A stretch of DNA of 32,000 bases. Origin: Nitrosopumilus maritimus SCM1. Lineage in GTDB: Archaea > Thermoproteota > Nitrososphaeria > Nitrososphaerales > Nitrosopumilaceae. This document shows positions 9,251 through 18,079 of this stretch, piece after piece. A model generated the notes under the pieces. It had not been told where the DNA came from and did no database searches. It was given only the letters and a program-made list of their open reading frames with translations. Made by a program: the position numbers and the translations under genes. Position 1 is the stretch's first letter. Every line of letters starts with the position of its first letter. Location of the stretch: assembly GCF_000018465.1 (NCBI RefSeq), contig NC_010085.1:420001-452000 (forward strand), in the 5' to 3' direction.

Positions 9251-10828
9251 TTGAAAACAATTTCACTTGCTGTAGCCGTAATTACTGCAATTTTGCTATC
9301 TGGAACTTTTGCTCCATCTTCATATGCATTAGGTGATTATGATTTTCTTGCTGGATGGGGTGAGTTTGGAATATCTACTCCTGGACACCTTTCACACCCA
9401 CAATTTATCGCAGTTGATGATGAAGGGAATGCATACATTAGTGATTTAGGAAATAAACGTGTACAAAAATTCTCCAGCTCTGGTGAGTTTATTCTTAACT
9501 TTGGAGAAAGTGGCAAATCCTCTGGCCAATTCCATCACCCTTCCGGTGTTGCAGTTGATTCTGATTTTGTCTATGTGGCAGATCAAAATTTGCATAAAAT
9601 TCAAAAATTTACCCTTGATGGAGTGTTTGTAGATGAATGGGGAAAATACGGTAACCAAGATGGTCAATTCAAGTCCCCAAAAGATATTGCAGTAGACTCT
9701 GATTTTCTTTATGTTGTAGATGCTGATAACTATCGAATCCAGAAATTTACTACTGATGGAGAATTTGTATTATCTTTTGGTTCTGGTGGTATGAATCATG
9801 ATCAATTTCTTATTTTATCTGGAATAGCAGTTGATGATGATGGAAATATCTACATCACAGACAAAGGAAACCGTAAAATTGAAAAATTTACTTCTGATGG
9901 AATTTTGATTAAATCTTATCCACTATTTGGTACAAACTATGTATTTGCTCCTACGGGAATCACTGTTGATTCTGATGGGAAAATATTTGTCATAAACTCT
10001 GCAGAAAACAGGATTTTGTATCTTGAACTTGATGATAATTTACGTCTAAGTGTATTTGAGCAACTTGGACCATTTGGTAACTCCTTTATTGCTCCAACTG
10101 ATCTTACCTTTGGATTTCAAGGTAACTTGTTGATAGTAGATTCTGCTGCTCATAAAGTAAAATCCTTTGAAACCCCATTTTATGATGAAACAAAAGTTTT
10201 TCAAACAACTGAAATTATTGCACCAGAAATAACTGAAGGTTATGAATCTGATGATATTGATCCAACAATTATGGCTCCAAGTGACATAAAATTAGAAGCA
10301 ACTGATCTATTTACTCCTGTACCTATTGGTGATGCTGTTGCAAATGACTTGCAGAGTGGAATCAAAACTATTTTGAATAATGCTCCTGAGGCATTCTCTT
10401 TGGGTGTAAACAAGGTAACTTGGGTAGCATTTGATAATGCTGGAAACACTGCTGAAGACTATCAAACAGTTACAGTCTTTGCATGTGGTCATGTCTATTC
10501 TGATTACAACATGATAGTTGGAACTGATGAGAATGATGTTCTTCTGGGAACCTCTGGTGATGATCTAATCTTTGGGTTAGAAGGAAATGATATCATTAGT
10601 GGGTTAGAAGGAAATGACTGTATCTTTGGCGGTGATGGTGATGATATTGTCTATGGCGATGATGGATATGACACCATTAGTGGAAACGGTGGACATGATG
10701 TCCTCAAAGGAGATTCTGGATCTGATGTAATCTATGGTGGATCAGGCTCTGATGTACTTGATGGCGGTTCTGAGAATGACAACTGCTATGATTCACTAGA
10801 AAATGTTGTTCTTAATTGCAACGAATAG
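9251..10828 (+). CDS. Secreted multidomain protein: signal peptide, NHL beta-propeller, HYR-like Ig domain, C-terminal RTX repeats
   Basis: Signal peptide MKTISLAVAVITAILLSGTFAPSSYA. Repeated HPSGVAVDSDFVYVADQNLHKIQKFTLDGVFVDEWG units. PEAFSLGVNKVTWVAFDNAGNTAEDYQTVTV is HYR-like. C-terminal GGxGxDxx nonapeptides. Confidence 0.88.
   Translation: MKTISLAVAVITAILLSGTFAPSSYALGDYDFLAGWGEFGISTPGHLSHPQFIAVDDEGNAYISDLGNKRVQKFSSSGEFILNFGESGKSSGQFHHPSGVAVDSDFVYVADQNLHKIQKFTLDGVFVDEWGKYGNQDGQFKSPKDIAVDSDFLYVVDADNYRIQKFTTDGEFVLSFGSGGMNHDQFLILSGIAVDDDGNIYITDKGNRKIEKFTSDGILIKSYPLFGTNYVFAPTGITVDSDGKIFVINSAENRILYLELDDNLRLSVFEQLGPFGNSFIAPTDLTFGFQGNLLIVDSAAHKVKSFETPFYDETKVFQTTEIIAPEITEGYESDDIDPTIMAPSDIKLEATDLFTPVPIGDAVANDLQSGIKTILNNAPEAFSLGVNKVTWVAFDNAGNTAEDYQTVTVFACGHVYSDYNMIVGTDENDVLLGTSGDDLIFGLEGNDIISGLEGNDCIFGGDGDDIVYGDDGYDTISGNGGHDVLKGDSGSDVIYGGSGSDVLDGGSENDNCYDSLENVVLNCNE
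10520..10789 (+). repeat. Ten in-register RTX-type nonapeptide codon repeats (10 x 27 bp)
   Basis: GTDENDVLL GTSGDDLIF GLEGNDIIS GLEGNDCIF GGDGDDIVY GDDGYDTIS GNGGHDVLK GDSGSDVIY GGSGSDVLD GGSENDNCY. Confidence 0.9.
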
Positions 10829-10925
10829 AATTTCTATATAGAATCTATTTCATATAATACCACTATGTTCTACAAATAGAAAATAATGTTTTAGCTTATA
10901 GTATTAATCCACCTTTTGCACCTTA

Positions 10926-12557
10926 ATGACTATCAAAAACATCCAAAACATTGCAATGTTTAGCATTATTGCAACAATTACTTTAGCATCATTTGGAACT
11001 TCTAATGTTTTTGCAGAAGAAGAAAGACAATACAAAATGGTTGGTGATGTTGTACCTGTGCTAACTTTTACCTTTAGAGATGGTGTTGAAATACATTCAT
11101 TCCCTTCCTTTGATATGGGTGAGAACATCGTAGCTGATTCTGGCGTGTCCTTTTCAGTTCAAGGAACTGTTACTGATGCTCCATTGTTACATGCTGCAAT
11201 GGATGAGGCATACAAATACCGATTCTCAAATGCTGCATTTGACTATCAGTTGAAATACTTTGATGTAACTGCTGATTTCATTAAAGAAGGAGAGTCCATA
11301 CTGTCTTTTGATTATAACAACTGTAGAGTTGATAACTATCAAGTTGAAACTTTAGATTCAAATGACTATGAAAGCTATTTCAAAGAGGTTGGATTTGCTG
11401 TTGTTGACAAGATAGATTTTGTATGTAGTGGTATAACTTCAAATCATGAATTTGTAATGCCAACTGAACCAATTACTGATTTTGGTGATTCTGGATTCAA
11501 ATTTGCAAAAGACATGAGTACCTCTGTAACTTTCATATTTGATGACGGTGTAGAAAAAATACAATTTCCTGTGTTTAATCTAGTTTCTGCATATGAAGAC
11601 TCCTCTGAAAATGTTGTTGCACAATTTCAAGTAGAAGGAATTTTGGAATATTATCCGTTGCTTTTTAATGCAATTGATAATGCGAGAGCAATTTCTGGAA
11701 CTGGTTATGCATCAAATGAAGATTTTGATGCTACCGTAGAATTTTCTAATGGTGAAAAAACCTTGAGAGGATTTGATTTTAGAGACTGTCTTGTAGATGA
11801 TGCCAAAGTTCATACAGTTACTGACAAAGAAGAAGGTTTTACCGGAAAGAGTGGATTTGCCGTAGTTAATACTATGGCTTTTACCTGTTCTGGACTTTCT
11901 CCAATAAACATGTATTATGATGAATTACGTGGAGATACTCCTATCTGGAAAGTTACTGATCTTTCAAATGTTTACATGGAATCTATGGACAATACTGACA
12001 AGGGATTAGATGTAATTACAACAATTACTTTCCCCGATGGTGTTGAAACAATAGAATTTTCAATGTTCAAACAAGGTGAAGTATTGACTGCAACTGAAAA
12101 TGTTGACAATGAAAATGGCGACAAAGATGTTGCTGCTCAAAAATTTACAAGAAAAACAATTGCTCCAACTTTGGAATTAAGAGGAATTCTTGGTGATTAT
12201 CCGATGTTGTATAATCATGTAGATCATAACATTCAATTCCAAACTGTTAAGGGTACAGCATTAAAAGATCTTGTAGACATTGATGTTGAAATTGTATCTA
12301 ATGGTGAAACAATTCGTGGATTCAACTATTCTAACTGTCGAGCAACAGATTATACTGTTGAAACAGATCCAAATACTGAAGAAAGTTATGTCAAAAACAA
12401 GTTTGCATTAGAAAACGTTTTTGATTTTGAATGCCAAGGATACACTCCAAACAATCCAATGTATGACGCAATGTTTGAAGTAGATTCTGCAGACAACATT
12501 AGTTCAGCAGATCTTCGAGATACCCAAAACTGGGGTAACGGTTTCTACGCACAGTAG
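10926..12557 (+). CDS. Secreted protein with three diverged copies of an approximately 130-145 aa domain, each with a Cys pair
   Basis: 543 aa; signal peptide ending FGTSNVFA; internal homology of FRDGVEIHSFPSF / FDDGVEKIQFPVF / FPDGVETIEFSMF and of the Cys-containing segments. Confidence 0.8.
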   Translation: MTIKNIQNIAMFSIIATITLASFGTSNVFAEEERQYKMVGDVVPVLTFTFRDGVEIHSFPSFDMGENIVADSGVSFSVQGTVTDAPLLHAAMDEAYKYRFSNAAFDYQLKYFDVTADFIKEGESILSFDYNNCRVDNYQVETLDSNDYESYFKEVGFAVVDKIDFVCSGITSNHEFVMPTEPITDFGDSGFKFAKDMSTSVTFIFDDGVEKIQFPVFNLVSAYEDSSENVVAQFQVEGILEYYPLLFNAIDNARAISGTGYASNEDFDATVEFSNGEKTLRGFDFRDCLVDDAKVHTVTDKEEGFTGKSGFAVVNTMAFTCSGLSPINMYYDELRGDTPIWKVTDLSNVYMESMDNTDKGLDVITTITFPDGVETIEFSMFKQGEVLTATENVDNENGDKDVAAQKFTRKTIAPTLELRGILGDYPMLYNHVDHNIQFQTVKGTALKDLVDIDVEIVSNGETIRGFNYSNCRATDYTVETDPNTEESYVKNKFALENVFDFECQGYTPNNPMYDAMFEVDSADNISSADLRDTQNWGNGFYAQ

Positions 12558-12562
12558 ATTCG

Positions 12563-12582
12563 TCTTTTCTTTTTTTATTTTT
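12563..12582 (+). terminator. T-rich tract, candidate archaeal transcription terminator
   Basis: tcttttctttttttattttt directly downstream of the stop at 12557. Confidence 0.45.
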
Positions 12583-12624
12583 AGTTTACACTAGAAAAAT
12601 TATTTACTTGTTTTAGTTTAGCTG

Positions 12625-12777
12625 CTAGATAGTCATTATGTAATTTGCGTTACAGCTAGCATATCCTGCAACTTCGCCAAAGTGTGCAGTCAACCAGATG
12701 TATGCATTTGCAATCGTTGATGAGTCTATAATTCCTTCATGTTTCCAACACAATACTTGAGAGAACCACTCTATCAC
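12625..12777 (-). CDS. Small ORF (50 aa) or gene remnant in the gap before pstS; not in the ORF track
   Basis: Manual reverse-strand translation from a GTG: MIEWFSQVLCWKHEGIIDSSTIANAYIWLTAHFGEVAGYASCNANYIMTI*. Composition is protein-like. Confidence 0.4.
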   Translation of the reverse strand: MIEWFSQVLCWKHEGIIDSSTIANAYIWLTAHFGEVAGYASCNANYIMTI

Positions 12778-12959
12778 TGTCCAGTATATAGGTAGTAATT
12801 TGTTAAATCATCTTTGTTTGTTAAATTGTTGACAAATTAGCTTATTTCTAAAAGTGATCGAACTGTTTGAGCCCAATGCTATATAGTAAATATAGTCACA
12901 TTGTAACTCCATATTCTATAATTGATAATTATAACTAAATTAGAAACAACCATTCACTA

Positions 12960-14213
12960 ATGAGAAAACAAATAACTTCAATACTGTTGATCGCAACTCT
13001 TGTTGCAATCGTACCGCCATTAAATGCAAACGCTGATTCAATGCCTGATGCTCCTCCAGAAAATGTAGATTTTACTATCACTGGAGCTGGTGCAACATTT
13101 CCATTCCCACTCATTGATTTGTGGAGAGTTGAATACAACAAAGTATACAACAATGTAAATCTCAACTATCAATCAATTGGTAGTGGTGGTGGAATCAAAC
13201 AGCACATTGAAAAAACTGTAAACTTTGCAGCATCTGACAAACCAATGAGTAACTCTGAAAGAGAATTAGCTCCTGGAACATTACACATCCCTGAATCAAT
13301 CGGAGGTGTAGTTCTAGTGTACAACATTCCTGAAGTCCCTGAAAAAGGGCTGAAACTAACTGCTAATGCAGTTTCTAAAATCTTCTTAGGTGAAGTTACA
13401 AAATGGAATGATCCTGTTATTGCAGATGAAAATCCTGGTTTGAATCTTCCTGACAAAAATATAGTCTCAGCACACAGATCTGATGGTTCTGGAACAACGT
13501 TCATCTTTACAGATTATCTTTCTACTGTGAGTCCTACTTGGTATGACCAAGTTGGAAAGGGTAAATCTGTACCATGGCCTACCGGTCTTGCTGCTGCAGG
13601 AAACGAAGGTGTTGCAGGTATTGTAAAATCCACAGAATACTCTATTGGATACATTGAACTTGCATATGCTTTCCAAACCGGAATGAGTTATGCATTTGTT
13701 CAAAATGCTGACAAAAGTGGATTCATTGAGCCTACTTTAGACACAATTTCTGCTGCATCAAGTGGAGTTGCAGACTCTTTACCTTCAGCTGATGAAAGTT
13801 GGAGTGAAGTTTCTATTGTCAATGCACCAGGTTCTGATTCTTATCCCCTTGCAAGTTTCACATACTTGCTTGTGTATGATGATCTAAAATCAGTCACTGA
13901 CAACAAGGAACAAGCAAAAGTTGTGATTCACATGATTCATTGGATGATTACTGATGGACAAGACTTTGCACCATCTCTTCTCTATGTTCCATTAGCAGAC
14001 AAAGTCATAGAGATAGGTAAGAATGGATTGTCTCAAGTAACTTTTGATGGAGAATCTCTTTGGGATTATGAATCAGTTGTGAAAGAAACTGATTTGGGAA
14101 TTCCTCAGTGGATTAGAGACAATGCAAAATGGTGGTCAGAAGGTTTGATAACTGATGAAGACTACATCAATGGACTTCAATACCTCATCACACAAGGTAT
14201 TCTCAAAATCTAA
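12960..14213 (+). CDS. pstS: Phosphate ABC transporter substrate-binding protein PstS with C-terminal W-rich module
   Basis: ITGAGATFPFPLIDLWRVEYNK...NLNYQSIGSGGGIKQHIEKTVNFAASDKPMS and AHRSDGSGTTFIFTDYLS are PstS hallmarks. C-terminus is IPQWIRDNAKWWSEGLITDEDYINGLQYLITQGILKI. Confidence 0.95.
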   Translation: MRKQITSILLIATLVAIVPPLNANADSMPDAPPENVDFTITGAGATFPFPLIDLWRVEYNKVYNNVNLNYQSIGSGGGIKQHIEKTVNFAASDKPMSNSERELAPGTLHIPESIGGVVLVYNIPEVPEKGLKLTANAVSKIFLGEVTKWNDPVIADENPGLNLPDKNIVSAHRSDGSGTTFIFTDYLSTVSPTWYDQVGKGKSVPWPTGLAAAGNEGVAGIVKSTEYSIGYIELAYAFQTGMSYAFVQNADKSGFIEPTLDTISAASSGVADSLPSADESWSEVSIVNAPGSDSYPLASFTYLLVYDDLKSVTDNKEQAKVVIHMIHWMITDGQDFAPSLLYVPLADKVIEIGKNGLSQVTFDGESLWDYESVVKETDLGIPQWIRDNAKWWSEGLITDEDYINGLQYLITQGILKI

Positions 14214-14233
14214 ATTTTTTCTTTTATTTTTTT
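14214..14233 (+). terminator. T-rich tract after pstS, candidate terminator
   Basis: attttttcttttattttttt immediately 3' of the pstS stop. Confidence 0.4.
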
Positions 14234-14492
14234 ATGAATTACATTTGTTGAATTCTGTTACAAAATTTGGTAAATCTCCATTTGTTTTTAGAGATGCAGA
14301 TTCCATACATTGGTAATTCCCTGATGTAATAATTTGACTATATTCTAATGGTTCTGATTTTTTATTTGGTGGATGTTTTCCATATAGAATTTTTTCTCCT
14401 GTTTCAGGAAAAATAACAAATGACAAAACAAAAAAGATTGAAAACAAAATTACCATACTTATTCCTGCTATTTGTTTAGCAGTGGCTTTCAT
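14232..14492 (-). CDS. Small membrane-anchored hypothetical protein (86 aa)
   Basis: MKATAKQIAGISMVILFSIFFVLSFVIFPETGEK gives one N-terminal TM; opposite strand between pstS and pstC. Confidence 0.55.
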   Translation of the reverse strand: MKATAKQIAGISMVILFSIFFVLSFVIFPETGEKILYGKHPPNKKSEPLEYSQIITSGNYQCMESASLKTNGDLPNFVTEFNKCNS

Positions 14493-14637
14493 GCTATTTG
14501 GTAAAAATTACCAGTAAAAAGCGTATTTGAAATCAATTTAATTTTTGCAGCGATCTTTAATCTAACTATATAGAACTATTTTCTTCTCATAAAATATGGT
14601 AGGATCTTAGATATGCAATTTTCCACGCCAAAAATTT

Positions 14638-15615
14638 GTGGGCAGACCTAAACTAAATCCACCTAAAGTGGGACGAAGACCAATATCTGACAAAATTTTT
14701 AAAGTTGGAGCAACTGTAGCTGGAGTTTATGTTTTAGTTGTGATTGTCTTGTTAGCGTTTCAATTAATTTCAGAATCTGCTCCAATATGGGATGAATATG
14801 GTTTGTCCTTTATTGTAAAATCAGAATGGAATGCTATTGACGATCGTCAAGACTTTGGCGTATTGCCCTACATATTTGGAACACTAGTCACTTCTGCCCT
14901 GGCAATGGTAATTGGTGTCCCTCTAAGCATTGGAATTGCCATGTTCATTTCAGATGCTCCTTCAAAAATTGGCGGTCCATTAGGTTTTCTTGTAGAACTT
15001 TTGGCTGCTGTGCCTAGTGTAATCTATGGTTTGTGGGGATTGTTTGTATTTCGTGTATATTTTGTTGATTGGGTTGAAAAACCTCTGCATAACACATTTG
15101 GTGATAGTATATGGCTCTTTTCAGGAACACCTTTTGGTCTTGACATCCTTACTGCCAGTGTAATTTTAGCGATAATGATTATTCCCACAGTTTCTGCAGT
15201 CTCTAGAGAAGTAATGAAAGCTGTTCCTCAACAACAAAAAGAAGCAGCATACATGTTAGGAGCTACAAAATGGGAGATGTTCAAACTAGCTGTATTCCCA
15301 TATTCTAAAACTGGTTTGATTGGTGCATCTATTCTTGGTCTTGGTAGAGCAGTTGGTGAAACAATGGCAGTTACAATGTTGATTGGAAATGCAACTGGAC
15401 CAAATGCATTTGCTGATTCTCTGTTTGATCCAAGCCAAACAATGTCTAGTATTATTGCAAATGAATTCAATGAAGCCTCTTTAGGAACATTACATCTTCC
15501 TGCGTTAATTGGTGTTGCAGTGGTGTTGTTGTTAATTGCTATTGCAATCAATGTGGTTGCACATATTCTTGTAACTAGAATGCTAAAAGTCAAGGAGGGT
15601 GCTATCAACAATTGA
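14638..15615 (+). CDS. pstC: Phosphate ABC transporter permease PstC
   Basis: GTG start; LGGPLGFLVELLAAVPSVIYGLWGLFV-type segment, QQQKEAAYMLGATKWEMFKLAVFPYSKTGLIGASILGLGRAVGETMAVTMLIGN. Confidence 0.93.
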   Translation: MGRPKLNPPKVGRRPISDKIFKVGATVAGVYVLVVIVLLAFQLISESAPIWDEYGLSFIVKSEWNAIDDRQDFGVLPYIFGTLVTSALAMVIGVPLSIGIAMFISDAPSKIGGPLGFLVELLAAVPSVIYGLWGLFVFRVYFVDWVEKPLHNTFGDSIWLFSGTPFGLDILTASVILAIMIIPTVSAVSREVMKAVPQQQKEAAYMLGATKWEMFKLAVFPYSKTGLIGASILGLGRAVGETMAVTMLIGNATGPNAFADSLFDPSQTMSSIIANEFNEASLGTLHLPALIGVAVVLLLIAIAINVVAHILVTRMLKVKEGAINN

Positions 15616-16544
15616 CCACCACTAGAGAAAGACGATTAGAATATCGTGCATTATTCAAACAAAATGTTGAGAGACGATTAATGGTTGACAAAGCTGTTAG
15701 AATAGTAGTATTTGCCTGTGTGATTATTGCAATTGTTCCTCTTGGAAGTATCTTGTTAGAAGTTTTCAAAAATGGGGCTGCAGCTATTAGCTATGAATTT
15801 CTAACTGAAGTTCCTGGAGCAGTTGGTACTGGTGATGGTGGAATTGGACCTGCAATTCAAGGAACTTTGATCATAATTGGATTATCCAGTCTCATTGGTG
15901 TCCCGATTGGTGTTATGTCTGGGGTATTTCTTTCAGAGTATGGTGATAACAAACTTGCAAAGAACATCCGATTCTTCAATGATGTCTTTATGGAATTCCC
16001 TTCAATTGTAATGGGAATTTTTGCATTTTTGGTAATTGTTTTAATTTTAGGTCATTTCTCAATATGGGCTGGAGCTTTTGCATTATCTTTGATTATGTTC
16101 CCTATAGTTGCAAGAACTACTGAAGAATCTTTGAAAATGGTTCCAATGACTTATCGTGAGGCGGGAACTGCACTTGGGCTCAAAAAGTGGGTTATCACTA
16201 CAAGAATTGTCATTTCTGCTGCAAAAAATGGTATGATTACTGGAATTCTCTTGTCTGTTTCTAGAATTGGTGGTGAGACAGCTCCATTAATCATGACGAT
16301 TCTGGGTAGTAGTCAATTCTTTAGTGGCATGGATGTCCCAATGGATGCCCTTCCATTAAGAATCTGGAGACTGTCTTTGTTGCCTTATGATAGTGCACAA
16401 CTACAGGGATGGGGGGCTGCACTGGTTTTGATAATTATTATTCTTGGAATTAATCTTGGTGTTCGATATTACTTCTCAAGTAAAAAAGGAAAACAAAGAA
16501 TTTTCGGACAATTAATTAAGAAAGGAGTACGTGGAACAAATTGA
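15612..16544 (+). CDS. pstA: Phosphate ABC transporter permease PstA
   Basis: [76 protein letters not shown] overlap with pstC. Confidence 0.93.
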   Translation: MTTTRERRLEYRALFKQNVERRLMVDKAVRIVVFACVIIAIVPLGSILLEVFKNGAAAISYEFLTEVPGAVGTGDGGIGPAIQGTLIIIGLSSLIGVPIGVMSGVFLSEYGDNKLAKNIRFFNDVFMEFPSIVMGIFAFLVIVLILGHFSIWAGAFALSLIMFPIVARTTEESLKMVPMTYREAGTALGLKKWVITTRIVISAAKNGMITGILLSVSRIGGETAPLIMTILGSSQFFSGMDVPMDALPLRIWRLSLLPYDSAQLQGWGAALVLIIIILGINLGVRYYFSSKKGKQRIFGQLIKKGVRGTN

Positions 16545-17374
16545 CAGCATTGGCAACAAAATCTGAAAACATTGAAAAACAGATAATCTCTGATCCTTCT
16601 GACACAATTGATTCTGAAAAATACAAAATGATTGCTGAGAATGTGACAATCAGTTATGATGGAATTCAAGCCGTAAAAAACATCACTATGAAATTTAAAG
16701 AAAAATCCGTTACTGCTTTGATTGGTCCATCTGGATGTGGAAAGACAACTTTCCTTAGATGTTTAAACAGAATGCATGATATGACAAAAAATGCCAAAGT
16801 TGACGGTAAAGTAATGATTGATAACATTGATCTATATGATCAATCAATAGATCCAATTTATCACAGAAGAAAAGTTGGAATGGTCTTTCAAAAACCAAAC
16901 CCATTCCCAACAATGTCAATTTATGATAATGTAACTGCTGGACTAAAACTAAATGGTGTTAAAGATAAGAGAATTCTTGATGAAATTGTAGAAGATTCAC
17001 TAAAGATGGCATATCTTTGGGATGAAGTAAAAGGTGATTTGAAAAAATCTGCAATTGAACTATCTGGTGGCCAACAACAACGTCTCTGTATTGCAAGAGC
17101 ATTGGCAATCCAGCCTGAAGTTCTACTAATGGATGAGCCTGCATCTGCGCTTGATCCTATTGCTACTCAAAAAATTGAAGAGACAATTACTGAACTCAAA
17201 AAAGAGTACACCATAATTATTGTAACACATAACATGCAACAAGCTGTTAGAGTTTCTGATTATACTGGATTCATGTATCTTGGAGATTTGGTAGAGTTTA
17301 GAGAAACAAAGAAACTCTTTACAGATCCTAAAAATGAACTTACTGCAAAATATGTTCAGGGCCAGTTTGGATAA
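16541..17374 (+). CDS. pstB: Phosphate ABC transporter ATP-binding protein PstB
   Basis: [75 protein letters not shown]. Confidence 0.97.
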   Translation: MTALATKSENIEKQIISDPSDTIDSEKYKMIAENVTISYDGIQAVKNITMKFKEKSVTALIGPSGCGKTTFLRCLNRMHDMTKNAKVDGKVMIDNIDLYDQSIDPIYHRRKVGMVFQKPNPFPTMSIYDNVTAGLKLNGVKDKRILDEIVEDSLKMAYLWDEVKGDLKKSAIELSGGQQQRLCIARALAIQPEVLLMDEPASALDPIATQKIEETITELKKEYTIIIVTHNMQQAVRVSDYTGFMYLGDLVEFRETKKLFTDPKNELTAKYVQGQFG

Positions 17375-18033
17375 TGACTCGTTTAATTGATCCATCTTTA
17401 CAAAAACTGTCTTTTATCATGGCAGAGATGGGTGATATGGTAATTGAATCCATATCTCTTGCAATTGATTCGTATCTTGATGGAACAAATACAATGGATA
17501 AAGTCCTTGCATTATCTGATTCTATTCGTTCCAAATACTATGAAGTAGAAGATTTGACTTTTGATATGTTATTGAAATTTCAACCAGTAGCTGATGACTT
17601 TAGATTGATTCGTTCATCAACTGAAATCTCTTATGCATTTTCTAGATTTGGTAGATACGCATATGATATCACCCAAGTACGTGACTTGTTTGGAGATGTT
17701 TCTGAATGTACAAATGCATCCCTAATTGAATCAACAAAAAAAGTAAAGCATATGATCAAAGAAGCAGTAATGTCATTTGCAGAACTTGATGTGAGAAAAG
17801 CAGTTAAAATCCGCGAAGATGAAAAGGTAATTGATCAAATCTACAAAGATAGATTACCAAAACTTATTGAATCAAATAATACAAAATGTGCTCTAGCTGA
17901 AGCATTGCTTTTGAGATATTTGGAAAGAATTGGTGATCATGCTGTGTTTATGAGTGATGCAATCAATTACATCGTTACTGGAAAACACAGACCAAGTGAA
18001 GAAAGAATAGCCTCACACACAAAGTCTGACTAG
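17374..18033 (+). CDS. phoU: PhoU-like phosphate regulator
   Basis: Helical protein with two PhoU-like halves; ...ALAEALLLRYLERIGDHAVFMSDAINYIVTG. TAATG junction with pstB. Confidence 0.9.
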   Translation: MTRLIDPSLQKLSFIMAEMGDMVIESISLAIDSYLDGTNTMDKVLALSDSIRSKYYEVEDLTFDMLLKFQPVADDFRLIRSSTEISYAFSRFGRYAYDITQVRDLFGDVSECTNASLIESTKKVKHMIKEAVMSFAELDVRKAVKIREDEKVIDQIYKDRLPKLIESNNTKCALAEALLLRYLERIGDHAVFMSDAINYIVTGKHRPSEERIASHTKSD

Positions 18034-18079
18034 GCGTAACTTGGTTTTTATTCAAGCAAAAATTGGCTGAAATATTCAA

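Noticed and set aside
10240-10492. Minus-strand ORFs opposite the HYR/RTX part of the NHL protein
   Set aside because: Complementary to a well supported repeat protein; no independent evidence.
10520-10789. Regular 27-bp periodicity considered as a DNA-level tandem repeat or CRISPR-like array
   Set aside because: Units are diverged at DNA level and in frame with RTX nonapeptides; the periodicity is explained by the protein.
12558-12959. Possible tRNA or structured RNA in the largest non-coding gap
   Set aside because: No TPsiC-like GGTTCAAATCC block or acceptor/anticodon pattern found by eye; a short ORF explains part of the gap.
15228-15611. 127-aa minus-strand ORF opposite pstC
   Set aside because: pstC is unambiguous; this is its antisense shadow.
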